A stretch of 64,000 bases of DNA, taken from Phaeosaccion multiseriatum (taxonomy: Eukaryota; Protista; Ochrophyta, other classes). The DNA lies in NCBI GenBank assembly GCA_965112735.1, contig OZ218953.1:2790001-2854000 (forward strand). Reading direction: 5' to 3'. The notes under the pieces were generated by a model. That model saw only the letters and a list, made by a program, of their open reading frames with translations, had not been told where the DNA came from and searched no databases. The number at the start of each line of letters is the position of its first letter. Within the stretch, counting starts at the first letter, position 1. Below are positions 1 through 19,502 of the stretch, one piece after another. A program made the translations under genes and the position numbers.

Positions 1-346
1 TTACTGAAATGGGGCTCGTCCTCGGTACTGGCGGCTATCGGAGACAATTCTACCAGGGTTGCTGAAACGTTGGGATCCCTTTGTCTTCTGCATCTTTGCC
101 TTCTTCATCTCCCGCCCTCTGCTTCTCTCCCTTAGATACTTTCCCTCCCCCTCTTGCCTCCCTCTTCCCGCCTCTCCCCTCCCTTCCTCCAGTCCCGCCC
201 TTTCAACCAGCCAATATGCGCTCAACCTTGCCTACTCTCTCGTGCAATGCATTGTCCCAGTGATCACTGCTCTAAGTTTGGCTCTTCTTCTCCTTCTTCC
301 TTGCGCACCCTCGTCTCTGCTCAATCCACACTCACGTGCCCTACAG

Positions 347-1514
347 TGAGTGTGACGGGCAATAAGGGCGTGGGGATGCCCATCATCCTGCTGCATGACG
401 CAGAGGGTGCTGTGTGCACGGTAGAGACCAAGTCGGGGGAGATTTATAGAGGCATCATCCAAGAAACAGAGGACAACATGAACCTGCAAATGGCGGTAAG
501 AGGAAAGGAATGCACGTCGACGTAAGAGGAGAGGGAAAGAGGAGAGTGTGTATCATGCACGTAGCAAAGACGTATCGATGCGTCAAAGTACCCTTCCTTT
601 GAGGAAGGACTTCCATCCCCGTCCTCCTGAGCATCGTGTTCTCTGCTGTCCCACTCTCACTCGTGTCCCCTGTCATGCGCTGCCTCAGGATGTACAACGT
701 ACGAACATTCATGGCAAAGTAGCGAACATGTCAAGCGTGTTTATTCGGGGAGGGCAAATCTTGTTGGTGGTGGTGCCGGACATCTTGAAGCACGGGCCAA
801 TGTTCCAGCGGATTGCGGATTGGAGGAAATATAAGGGTAACCCGCCTTCTCGGGCAGTCAAGGTAAGAGGGGAGGGGCTGCTGCTGCTGCTCTTTCTGCT
901 GCTGCTGCTGCTGCTCTTGCTGCTGTTGTTGTTGTTGTTGTTTCTACTGCTGCTGCGGTGGCAGCTGTTACTGCTTCTGCTGCTGTTGTTGTTACTGCTA
1001 CTGCTGCTACTCCCTCCAGTTCTACGTAGCTCCTAGGCAATCACACCGTACTTAGATTATCGATGTCTGTGTTGGCCCCTCAATTAGGGGGGGGGAGAGA
1101 GAGAAGCCGCTGCAACAGACCTTGTCGCCTCCCTCACACCTCTTGCTCTCCTCCTACCCTTGTACTGTCTTCCACAACCACTAGGTTGGAGAGCAGAGAG
1201 CAATTCTACGGAAAGAGGGATTCCGGGGGGGGAGGGGGGGAGGCAGAGGCGGATTTGGAGGCGGCAGAGGGATGCCAGGCAGGGGCGAAGGGGGAGGGGG
1301 TGGTTTTGGAGGAGGGAGAGGAGGGGATGGAGGCGGCTACGGGGGGGGGGGAGGGCGAGGAGGAGGAGGAGGCTACGGAGGTGGGGGGGGGGGGGGTTAC
1401 GGAGGTGGGGGGGGGGGGGGTTACGGAGGTGGAGGAGGAGGGTACCAGGGAGGAGGAGGAGGGAGAGGGGGCGGAGGAGGATACGGTCCACCAGGAGGAG
1501 GCGGTGGCTATTGA
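347..1514 (+). CDS. SNRPD3: Small nuclear ribonucleoprotein Sm D3 with long RG/GY-rich tail
   Basis: Exons 347-495, 689-862 and 1185-1514 join in frame via GT-AG introns: GMPIILLHDAEGAVCTVETKSGEIYRG (Sm1) ... VFIRGGQILLVVVPDILKHGPMF (Sm2), then an RGG/GGY tail. 5' end uncertain: ATG at 376, or an upstream exon spliced to the CAG acceptor at 346. Confidence 0.92.
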
Positions 1515-1854
1515 CACCCTTAAAGCATCTTTTAAACTCTATAGAACCACCACCAAGCGACGGGTCCCGACGACAGCGCCGACCGACACGCCATGCAAAG
1601 CATCTTTCTCTCTCACTCTCTCTTCAGTATGGCCCATTTCATCATCCTGTGCTGTGCTCCCAGTCTGCTCTTGATGAAGGAAGGCTCGGCCATCTGCCGC
1701 TGGGGAATGAATGCTCTTGAGCGTTGATTCTTGTGCTTGTGGGTGTGTGACAGTGACGCAAGACCCAGTGGTGTGGCGTGGTGTGGTGTGATGTGGTGTG
1801 GTGTGGTGTGGTCGTCAGTGGATAAGTGGAAGTGTACGTGGTCATGACGCGCTG

Positions 1855-2445
1855 TCACCCAAGGCCGCCATCCGCCCGTCCAGCGCGGTGAGGTTGTCCT
1901 TGACTTGCTGCAGATTGCCCTCCATGGCCCCCTCTACCTCCCGTAGGCACTCCGTCGTCTCCTTCAGAGTGGCGTCCAACTTCACCTGACCAGGCGAAAG
2001 GGGAGAGATGGAGAGGGAGGAAGGGAGAGAGAGAGAGGAAGGCGGAGAGAAAGAGCGAGATGATGCCGCAGGTCGTGAGAGAGGTCACATTCCCTCTCTG
2101 CCTCCTGAAGTGGCAGGAGTATGCGCGTGGGTGTGGGTGTGTGTGTGCGCGTGCTCTGTTTACGCACCACCGCGCCCCTCCCTCTTCGCCATTGCCCCCT
2201 TCACCACACACACACACACTTCCCACCCACCCATACAAAACACACACACACACACGCACACACACACTTCCCACCCACCCATACAAAACACACACACACA
2301 CACACACATACACACACACACACACTTCCCACCCACCCATACAAAACACACACGCACACACACACACACACACACTTCCCACCCACCCATACAAAACACA
2401 CACACACACACACACACACACTTCCCACCCACCCATACAAAACAC

Positions 2446-2483
<38 letters not shown>

Positions 2484-2552
2484 CCCACCCACCCATACAA
2501 CACACACACACGCACACACACACACACACACACACTTCCCACCCACCCATAC

Positions 2553-2590
<38 letters not shown>

Positions 2591-5128
2591 CACATACACA
2601 CACACCTGCATGACCTCCACGTCTCCAAGGCGTGCGGCGAAGCTTGCGCTGTCCTGGTGCAGAGCTGCGAGGGTGGACAGGCGCTCTGCCAGCAGGGGAA
2701 GCTCCGCGGACTGCGCCTCCCACTGCTGCATCATTGCATAGGTCTGGGGAGAGACGGATGGGACACAGCAAGGAGGGGGGGCGGGGGGGGGTCGCGACCA
2801 CGAAGAGAGAGTCAGGCTTGAGAAGCCCCAGGGAAGGAAGGAGGGAGGGAGGGAGGGAGAAGGTGTGGGGCAGTGCTTAGCACAATCCACAGATCATTCT
2901 TCCCTCACTGCAAAACATCAACTCGGCAGCTTCGAAGACACCACAAGCGGGAGAAGGTCCGCCGTAACAGGCTAGCTCATAGGCTGGCTCACAGGCTGGC
3001 GTACCTCGTCAACTTGTTTCGCATACTCCGCCGTCCCGGAGGCGGCAGCGGCAGCAGCACCACCACCCTCGGCGCCCCCCTTGCCCGTCCCCAGAAGCTT
3101 GCTCTTGCGGTCCCTCAGCCCCTCTAGCTCTGCCCTGGCCAGCCTCGCTCGATGCTGCAGAGTACCGAGGTTGTCAGAGAGAGCAAGCTTGCCTGCGAGC
3201 TCCTGCACTGCCCCCACCAGGCCCAGACTGCCCCTACCCACAGTCACAGCGGCTTCTACTGTCCCTCCTCCTCCTCCTCCTCCTCCTCCTCCTCCTCCTC
3301 CTCCTCCTCCTCCGAACACGTCAAGCGGACCTGGCGGGCGGGCAGGTGAGGGAGGGAGGTGAGGGGAGGGGAGGCATGTTGACAGGGGGAGAAGGGGAAA
3401 GGCGATTGTGAGTGTGATTGAAGTTAAGGGGCGCTAGTAGGAGAGAGGAGGGGTGTAAGACGCACGGGCTGGGTTGACGCACCCCATCTATCTGCCAGTC
3501 TCACCTGTCTCGCTGCTGCTGCCCACCGCCGCCTCGAGCTGCGCTAGGCGAGCCTCAACGGCTTGCACGACGCCGCTTGACACACCGCTTTCTCTCCCTC
3601 CTCCTTCTCCCGCAAGGCCGAGTGTCTTTCCCTCCTCTCCTGCCCCTGACTCCTTCGAAGCTGACACCTCCACCTCCTTCAGTCGTGCGGAGAGGGCTGC
3701 TTGTAGGTCCGCTACCTCCCCTCTCGCCCCCCCCCCGGTGGTCGAGGAGCGGTACAGAGGGTCTGCAGCGAGGCTGTTGAGCTGCGTCTGAAGAGTGAGG
3801 GTTTCGGTGGAGAGGAGGGACCACAGCTCATTGGGGCGGAGCGCCTCTGCCTCCCTCTCTTCCCTCGTGGCCGCGTCCTCTTCGTCACCCTTCCCAGAGC
3901 GAGCGGCAAGAGGCAAGGACAGGGAGGAGAGGAGCAGGAGGAGGGGCCCGTCGACAAAGGCATAGGGCATAGGAGGAGGCGCGCGGGGGGTTCGGCAGCG
4001 GCAGTGGTGTGGGCGAGATGTGTGTGGGGAGAGGGGGTGGGGTGGGGCAAAGGTGAGCAAACGGAGCTTGGCATAGCATAGCAGTGTGAAGGTGCCCGCC
4101 CTGGTCGGCTGAACAGCGTGAACATAGGAGGTAGCAAGGTGTGGGACCAAGGAAAGAGATGTAGCCCCTTCTTTGACTGACTGACTGACTGACTGACTGA
4201 CTGAACAAACTAACCGCTGTGTGGGCCATGTAGCTGAGATCTTCCTGCAACTGGGCAGTCTCTGCCTTGAGCCTGTGGGATCGATAGAATGGGAGGGGAT
4301 GGGCGGGGGTACTTCCGGGAGTGAGAGAAGGAAGGATGACCGCAGATTGGGGAGGGGGGGGGGAAGGGTGGGTTGGGGGACTGATCCTGAAGTGAGCCTC
4401 AATTGCACCCTTTTCAACTGTTGGAGGGCACAGCAGTAAGGTCCGTTCGGAAGCTGAGGTAAGAGGTACATATGTGGGCGATACTATGATGGCGTCTCTC
4501 TTTCGCTCAGCGGAAAGACGCAGAGGCAAACTCGTGTGGTCACACCCGCGTGAGTGAAAATCAGTGGATACATGCTCCGACTCACCTCAGCAGCCTCTCC
4601 ATGGGCGACTCCAGAACCTTCCCAGCCCCCGGGGCTCCTCCTCCCTCCGCGCCTCCCATAATCAGCTCCCTCTGTCTGTGGACGGCGCTGGACGACCCAC
4701 GGGCAGCCAGCGAACCGGACATATCTGAACCCAGCCGTGAAAGTGGAGAGGAGGAGGAGAAAGAGGATGCATGAATGGTGGGTCCAAGGAAGTCTTGGAT
4801 TCGCTGGAGACAGGCATTACACATCATCTCAGAGAGGGGCTTGGGCGGGTAGTTCAAGGCGTTCGGAAAGATTGGTGGGAGCCAAAACAAACAGACCTGC
4901 GGGTGCTGAGGTGAGGAAGGACTTCCCTGCGAAGACCTCAAAAGCCGCAGAAGCATTGACACTATCGCGCAACACCTCTCCATCAGTGACTGAGCTAGAT
5001 TGCTGCTGCTGCAGGTGCGGGAGGTCCTGGGGCGCGCTGGTGTCCAGCCCCTCCGGCTCCTCCTCCTCGTCTGGAGTTTCAAATACTTCTTCCAGCGTTG
5101 CTCTTGATGCCGTCGTTGCAGACGCCAT
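1855..5128 (-). CDS. DCTN2: Dynactin subunit 2 (p50, dynamitin)
   Basis: Spliced product shows dynamitin landmarks: [78 protein letters not shown], and a C-terminal [22 protein letters not shown] at 5128. Confidence 0.85.
2207..2605. repeat. Intronic compound tandem repeat: about 7 copies of CTTCCCACCCACCCATACAA(AA) separated by variable (CA)n
   Basis: Read directly from the last DCTN2 intron. Confidence 0.9.
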
Positions 5129-5374
5129 TGCACCCCCCAAAAGACCAATTTCAACCGATAGAGTTGTTCCCTGAAGAGACTTTGGCCTTGCTTCGAATCA
5201 AACGAAGCTCACCAAGCTTGGAAATAGACGAGTTGGTGGTACGATGGATTCACAAATTTGATTATCCTATCATTATCATTTATGCAGCCCATTTTCCTTT
5301 GACGGAAGTGCCTCAGAAGGCCAATGAATCAATAAATAAATCTTAATGAATCGCATCTGAATTCTTCCTCTCGA

Positions 5375-6782
5375 TCAGATGTGTGCCCGGTCTGCAATCT
5401 CCCTGTCTCTGGTCTTGCTCGCCCCTGACCCCCCAGGGCTCTGCCCATCCCGCCCCCCTTCTCCTCCTCCTCCTCCTCCTGCCTGCTGCCCCTCCTCCTC
5501 CAGCCCACACGACGTGTCTCCCTCCAGCCCGGCAGCGAGGTCCTCCAGGGACTCATTGCTCTCCTCGTCGCTCTCGCCCACAACATGGCCTGAGGGAGTG
5601 GAGTGGGCACATGAGGAGGGAAGGAGAGGGTATAGATGGATGGATGCATCGGGTTGAGGGGAGAGAGGGAGGAGGGGGTCAAATATTAGCACGAGAATGG
5701 GGGATGTTGAATCACGAGGGGACGACGAGGCAGCATGTCGAGAGACAGAGAGAGAGGCGGAGACGCATACACACTGAGAGTAAGAGAAGGGGGGGGGGTG
5801 GGGGGCTGGAGAGAGACACACCCACAGAGAGAGACACACACAGAGACACAGACAGACAACGCAAGACCGACAGAGACATGGAGAAGCATGCAAGCAACAA
5901 GAGGTTAGTCCACTCCACCAACCATGAGCCCGCCTACACACAAACACAAAACAGCACACGCTCACACACACACACAGCACACGCACCGGTCTCTATGTAC
6001 TCGTCGAAGGTCCTCCCCATGTACGTGGCTACCCAGATAAGGAAGGCGCTCACTCCCATGGCCACGAAGCCGCCGTAGGTGATCAGGCTGCTTACGCTGT
6101 CCGAGAACTGGTTGGTGACCAGAGAGGCAGTCGCCTTTGAGCCTCGGGCTAGGAGGAGAGGAAGGGTCAGAGTCAGGTGGGTGTGGAGGAGAGGGGAGAG
6201 AGCACAGGAAGATCGAAGGCAGGCACTGGTGAGGTGAGGGGACGGAGAGAGAGAGGGAGGTGCTGCTTGCCCATCTGTCTCCATATGTCTTTCGCACAAC
6301 TAAGTCAATCTATTCTCTGTCGATCTGTCGTATCGTATCTCTTTACACACATGTAAAAATACGTACGCACCTCCAAAAATGTCGATCCAACTCTTGGACT
6401 TGAACTTGATGGCAGTCGAGGTGGGCTGATACAGCATCTCCTTGCAGGGGTTGTTGAGCGAGTACGAGAAGCCCTTGAGCACAATCATGCCCACAAACAC
6501 GGTGGTCAGACGGGGCATCATGATGACGGTGGCCACCACGCACAGGCAGATGGTGGGGAAGAGGACGATGGTCTTGCGCAGCCCCACCGTGCGGATGACA
6601 ATGGAGGTCCCGAGCAGGCTAAACATGAAGGATATCGTGTTGGTGACCTGTTGTGGGGAGGAGCGTGTGCAGCAGTGGCAAGTGGGTGGGTACATCCGTG
6701 GGTTGGGAGGGGGGTGCGTTGGAGAGAGACGAGAGAAAGGGGTAGAGTAGAGTGCCGTGCCAAACATTGCCTGTGCCTTGCC

Positions 6783-6821
<39 letters not shown>

Positions 6822-7859
6822 CTCTGCGCGGTGCCCCCCCCGCCCCCCCCCCCCCCTTCACCCCTCAGCCCCACGCCCTTCCCTCTCACCTGTCCGAAGG
6901 TCCCCATGAAGGCCGCAAAGTGCTTAGTGGCTGCCACAGGGTCGTCAGGGAACTGTGCGCGGAATGTGGCAGTGGCCAGCACCTTCCCGATTATAAGAAG
7001 GAGAAGAAAAAGAATCGGAGTCGGAGTCGTCGTCGTCGTCGGAGGAGGAGTTGGTAAGAGGGGACAGAGGGAGACAGAAGGGAAATGGTTAGAAAAGCAA
7101 CAACCACGAAAGGAGAGCCATAGAAACAAAGGAGTGGACGAGAAGACCGCTCGTGTGCACCAGCTGTGAGCCAAGGCTGGACATCCATTCCATCCAGCTT
7201 CCAGCTGACTCTACCTGCCCTTCCTGCCTGGCTGTCTTCCTGCCCTTCTCGCTGCTCTCGCTCTCACCTTCATCATGTAGTCCAGAATGGTCACCTCGAC
7301 CATGAACAGACACGATATGGCAAAGATGCCCTTGACATAGTGGTACTTCATAAAGAGCGTAAAGCCCTGTTTGATTTGAGCACCAAGCAAGTGATAGACA
7401 GGATGGAAGGGGGGGGGGTGGAGGGGGTCACAGGCGAGAAAGGGTCAGAGATCGAGAGCGTTGAGAGAGTCAGAGTGGAGACAAACAACATCTGGCCAAG
7501 GACTAAACCCCCATGTCGATGCTAGTTTTTCACGTCGGTATGAGTGAACCTCGAAATATGGAAAATCGATGTCGACATCAGCAAAATCGAAACCGATATC
7601 CAGCTTCTTCACCGGCCACCACCTACCTCCATGACCCCAGGCTTCTCCTTCTTGGGCTGCCCCTCCTTGTGCTGCGTGTCTCTGTCCTTGTCCGGCGGCA
7701 CCCCAAAGATGCGCACGTAGGCGAACACCATCAGCACCATCATGGCCATGCAGAAGCTGCCCACGCTGTACAGCTTCGGCACCCCTGTTGAATGGGGTGG
7801 GTGGATTGGGTGAGGGGGGTCAGGGAGGTGAGTGAGGGTGAGTAGGGTGAGTGAGTGCA

Positions 7860-7891
<32 letters not shown>

Positions 7892-9186
7892 CACATTGCA
7901 TCACATCATCAGATCACCATCAGAGGAAATGACAGGGTAGGGCAGTTGGTGATATGTGGCCATGACAGGACAGGACTGGACAGGACAGGAGGCACACGCT
8001 TAGAACGCACCGATCTTCGTGGCTTGAGAAGCAGCGATGGTGGGCCCGAGGATGGAGCCCATGTTCGCCCCGGCGATGATTAGACCGTACGCGCTCTTGG
8101 CCCCCTCGAAGGACATGGTGTTGTTGGTGAAGGCCCAGAACAGGGACACGCAGATGCTGCCAAAGCTCTCGATGGCGCAGTACGACACCCAGCTGGACAT
8201 GGGGCATGTGTGGCGTGTGTGCGTGTGTGCGTGCGATTGGGGCGTAGGGTAAGGGCGTGGGAGGCCCGAGTCGAGCAGGAATTCACTCACTAATATCCAC
8301 TCACTCGCGCACGCACTCACTCCCTCTCTCACCCACTCACTCACTCACTCACTCACTCACTCACTCACTCACTCACTCGCCCCTCACTCACTCACTCACT
8401 CACTCACTCACCCCAGGTATCTATCCGGAGACGATTTCGTGTTGTATATCCCGATCTCCGGGTCGTTGAGCAGGTATGCTACCGACCCAAACACACACAC
8501 GTAAAAGCCCCCCACCACATAGAAGAGTTGGTGTTTGGGCATAAGGTCAATGAGGTGGTTGTACACAAACACAAGAGCAAAGACGACCACCAAAGAGGCC
8601 ATCTTGCACTTGGGGATGTACTCCACACCCACAATGGTGGCCACGATGGGGTCTTTGAGAGAGCGCAGGAGCCAGTAGCCGCCAATGATGAAGAACAACG
8701 TGCCTGGGGGGGGGGGGGGGGCGGCACGGCAGAACGGCAGGAGGGAGAACGAGCTAGAGATGAGAGAGAGGAGAGAGAGAGGTAGAGCACGGGTGAAAAG
8801 CCGAGCAAGTATCAGGATGTGTGTGTCTATGCATGAATCACAACCATCAACCTCTCTCTTTCTCTCTTAGAGGGAACCAGCAGCTCACCTGCTAGCCACA
8901 GCACGCGAAAGCGCTCTGTCTTGGGCAGGTCTCCGTACAGCTTGGTAAACACGAGGTCCAGAATGCCCTCGGCAGAGTCTTGAGGCTGCTGATGGGAAGG
9001 CGTCTGGACGCTGTTAGACATCTTCTGCCACTTCTCCTGGGCCAGATACTCCCTCCCTTCCTCGTCCACCTCCGCATTTTGCTCCTTTACAGGTGCAGAG
9101 GGAGGGAGAGGCTGAGAAGAGTTACTCTCGCCCCCCCCCTCTCCCCCTCCTCCTCCCGAGGTTCTGCTGCCTTCATGCCTCGCCAT
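5375..9186 (-). CDS. TLC/NTT (AAA family) ATP/ADP or nucleotide transporter
   Basis: Multi-exon membrane protein with family motifs [65 protein letters not shown]|ARGSKA. Confidence 0.88.
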
Positions 9187-9641
9187 CCTTCCCGCGTCGA
9201 CCGTTGAGAGCGAGGACGCCCCTCGGAGGCGCTCTCTCCTCCTTCGTCGTGCGCTGGCCTGTTTTCAGTGTGGACAGGGGGATAAGGAAAACACTGGTAC
9301 CTTAGCTACTGGAATACACATCCAAAGACTGCGCCATGGAGAGGAAGGGGCGAACATAAAAGAAAAAAAGTGGTGTGTGGTATACGGAGAGTTCTTTCCT
9401 CCTGACATTTTTCTATACAGAATCTTTCTGGCGGATTGCAGCACTGGCTCTTCCCATGAGTACACACCAGCCCCTTCCCCCACTCTCGTGTGATACCTGA
9501 GTAGGATAGAAGTCGTCGAAGGGGGGGGGGGGAGGGGGAAAATGAAGGGTGTTTCCGCGTTGAGATTTGTGCTACACTATCTTCCACTCCTCACTCCCCC
9601 TCCTCCCCTCTTCCTCTTCCCCTCCCCCCCCCTCCTTCCTC

Positions 9642-16647
<7,006 letters not shown>

Positions 16648-16925
16648 TCGGGGGAGGAAGGAAGGAAGGGAAGGAAGGGAAGGAGAAAAGGAAGGAAGGA
16701 AGGGTGGGGACCAAGGCTTTGGGAGGGAACATGCTCTCCACCCCCCACGGTCTTTTTGTGATGGTCATTCCCCACCGACGTGCATGCATTCAATGCATGC
16801 ATGAATGCATACATGCATGTACTCTCCGTGTGTGGGGTTGTTCGGTCATTAAGTTGGCGTCGAAGCTTCTATAAACACACACAATTTCTCTCTGTTGTCC
16901 TATTACAAACTACTCCTCTGATTCT

Positions 16926-19225
16926 CTACTTGGACTCGACCGAGGAGGAGGAGGGGGGGGAACAGACGACACTAAAGTCAACGACGATAGTGGCCTTCTC
17001 CGGCACATGTTGCCGGCAGCTCACGCCGGCCATGTCCAACAGACGCCTGCTGGCGGTCATGGAGGTCGTGTCGTGATATTTGTCGGACAGATACACCACC
17101 TCACGTATGCCGCTCTGGGGGGAGGGGAGGGGGTGGAGGGAGACAGAAAACAATAGAAGAGGAACATTATAAGGACGGCCGTCCGAGACTGAGTGAGTGA
17201 CCTCCTTGTTGTTCGAGCAAAGCATGACAGTTACAGGCAGTGCTGCACCTGTCTCTGGCAGCTGTGCACCCTCATGTACCACCACCTAATGTGTCACCTG
17301 TACTTACCTGAATGATGAGCTTGGCGCACTCATTGCAGGGAAAGAGCGCCACGTATATGGAGCAGCCACGCACATCAGCGGAGTTTTTGTTGAGGATAGC
17401 GTTCATCTCAGCATGACACACGTACTGCAACCAACATGCGCAGCGCCAACACACAAGGGAACATACACCATGGGGCACACAAAGGGAAAGGTACACGGCC
17501 ATACAGTCGTGCGAGCAAAGGAGGTGCGGGTGAGAGACAAGGAGGGGCGGGGAGGGGAGGGCTTGTGGCGCTTTCGTTGCGTTGCCAAAAGCAGGCTGCA
17601 GGGGAGCAGGGGGCGTCTTGTCTTCTCTCCTCTCCCTCCCCTCGCCACCTGTCCTCACCGGGTACTTGGTGTCAAGCTCGCAGTCCGCGTGTCGGCTCCA
17701 AGGCAGCTCGTCATCGCTGCATCCCATGGGGAAGCCGTTGTAGCCGATGCCCACGATGCGCCTCTCGGCATTCACAATGCACGCCCCCACCTGCAGCAAT
17801 GGACGAGGGGAGGATGGCAGTGGATGGCAGTGGATAAGGAGGAAGGAGAAGACACAGCAGCAGAAGCAGAGGAGGACGGTGGGGTGTGTTTCGCTGTCTG
17901 TTGACTTGAAAGATTGGGGCTAGGCTGGAGAGCAAGTGGGTGCATTCGCACGCTGCGTTTGCTAGCATTGGATGGAAGCACGAGGCCAGAGGTGAGGGGA
18001 AGGGGTTGTTGTGCGAGAAAGGGAAGTTGGCATGACCTCCACTCCTACCTCCTCTACGTACCTGTGTGCTGGGGTCCTTGCTCCTCATGGCACTGAGGAA
18101 GGCCACGGCCATGAAGTAGTCGTCCCAGGACAGGAAGTCCGCCCTCTTCTTCAGAGGGGCAGGGGCAGAGGAGGAGGAGGAGGAGGAGGAGGAGGAGGAG
18201 GAGGAGGAGGAGGAGGAGGGGGAGGGGGAGGAGGTGGTGGTGGTGGAGGAGGAGACAGGCAACGACGAAGCCGATCCCTTCTTCCCCCCTACCGACTCCG
18301 CGGCCTCTCGCTGTTCTTGCTGCTTTGGTTGCGCCTTTCCAGAGGCTGCGTTTACGCCCCCTAACGAATGTGTCGCTGCCGTATCTGACTGCGTGGTTGA
18401 CGAAGAACAGCACGAACAAGAGGAAGATGGCACCGTATCCGATGGAGCCGCTACCAACAATGACGGCGACGAGGGGGGGGAGGAAGACAAGGAGGAGGTA
18501 GTCGCCAGCGAGGAAGGGGAGGCTCCGACGAGCTGGGGCGGCGGAGACAGCACCTGCCTCTTGGGAGGAGGCGGGGATGGACCCTTAGGATTGGTGCTGC
18601 TGACTTTGACTTGGCTCTCCTCGCGTTTGGCCTGTGGATGCTTCCGTTTACGTGGTGTTGCAGAGTGTGCCGTGGTGCCCGTCGCACCCCCTTCTGCTGC
18701 GCTTTCACTGCTCGTACTGCTGCTACTCAAGGCTATACAGGGATCAGCCAGAGCATCCCCCCCACTTATCCCTCGAAGGCTGCTGCAACTCACGCTGCTG
18801 CCACTTGCACCTTTGCTATGCTCCTCCCCTGTGGCCTGAGAAGCCGCTAGGAATGCAGAGCACGCCACGCCGCCCTGCTCGGCTCCAATAGTCACACTCA
18901 TACTATCGCCCCTGCTGCTATCGCTGCTACTGCTGTGCTCCAGTTGATGACCACTGTCTTGATCAGTTGCTTCTCCTGACGTCCTCCAACTGATGGCCCC
19001 GTCAAGTGGCACGGTGTGGTCCCCTCCAAGTGAAGCGATGTTGTCCCCTCCTTTAAGATCCTGCGGCGTTCCCGCTAACTTCCTCAGACCAGCGCCAAAT
19101 GAAAGGGCGGGCGACTTCGAAGAAGACGAAGCGCTACAGCCCGGCGAAAGCAGCAGCAGGAGCAAGGTCCGTGCCAGGAAGGCTGAGAAGTGAAAAAAAT
19201 TGTTAAATATATGTGACTCTGGCAT
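16926..19225 (-). CDS. DCTD: dCMP deaminase with long N-terminal extension
   Basis: [24 protein letters not shown]|VGACIVN..GYNGFP..KYP|[25 protein letters not shown]|SGIREVVY, containing the HAE and PCxxC zinc motifs. Start codon uncertain. Confidence 0.93.
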
Positions 19226-19502
19226 ACAGATTCGTCACTTTCCTGTCAGTGTGAGCTCATTTCACTATCCACACATAGGATGTGTCTTACTGTGGTGCTG
19301 CTGGTGCTGGTGGGTGTGCTGCTCTGCCTGGACAAATTTGTTCTCTTTTTCTGCTTTTTTTTTTTTTTTTTTTTTGAACAGTATTGCACTTGCTTGGGTA
19401 TCCTCTTCGGGCCCAACTTTAGGTACCAGTTCCAGCTTCTTCTCCGTCACCCCACGCCCCTCCTTTTCTTCACACAGCTTTTCACGACGAGAAGAGAAGG
19501 AT

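Noticed and set aside
2207-2605. CRISPR-like alternation of a constant core and variable spacers
   Set aside because: Spacers are only (CA)n of varying length; eukaryotic intron; no cas genes.
1855-2890. Long Cys/Val- or His/Thr-rich ORFs here, and similar ORFs at about 21600-22590, 35030-36530, 41070-42070 and 49200-50130
   Set aside because: Stop-free translations of intronic microsatellites.
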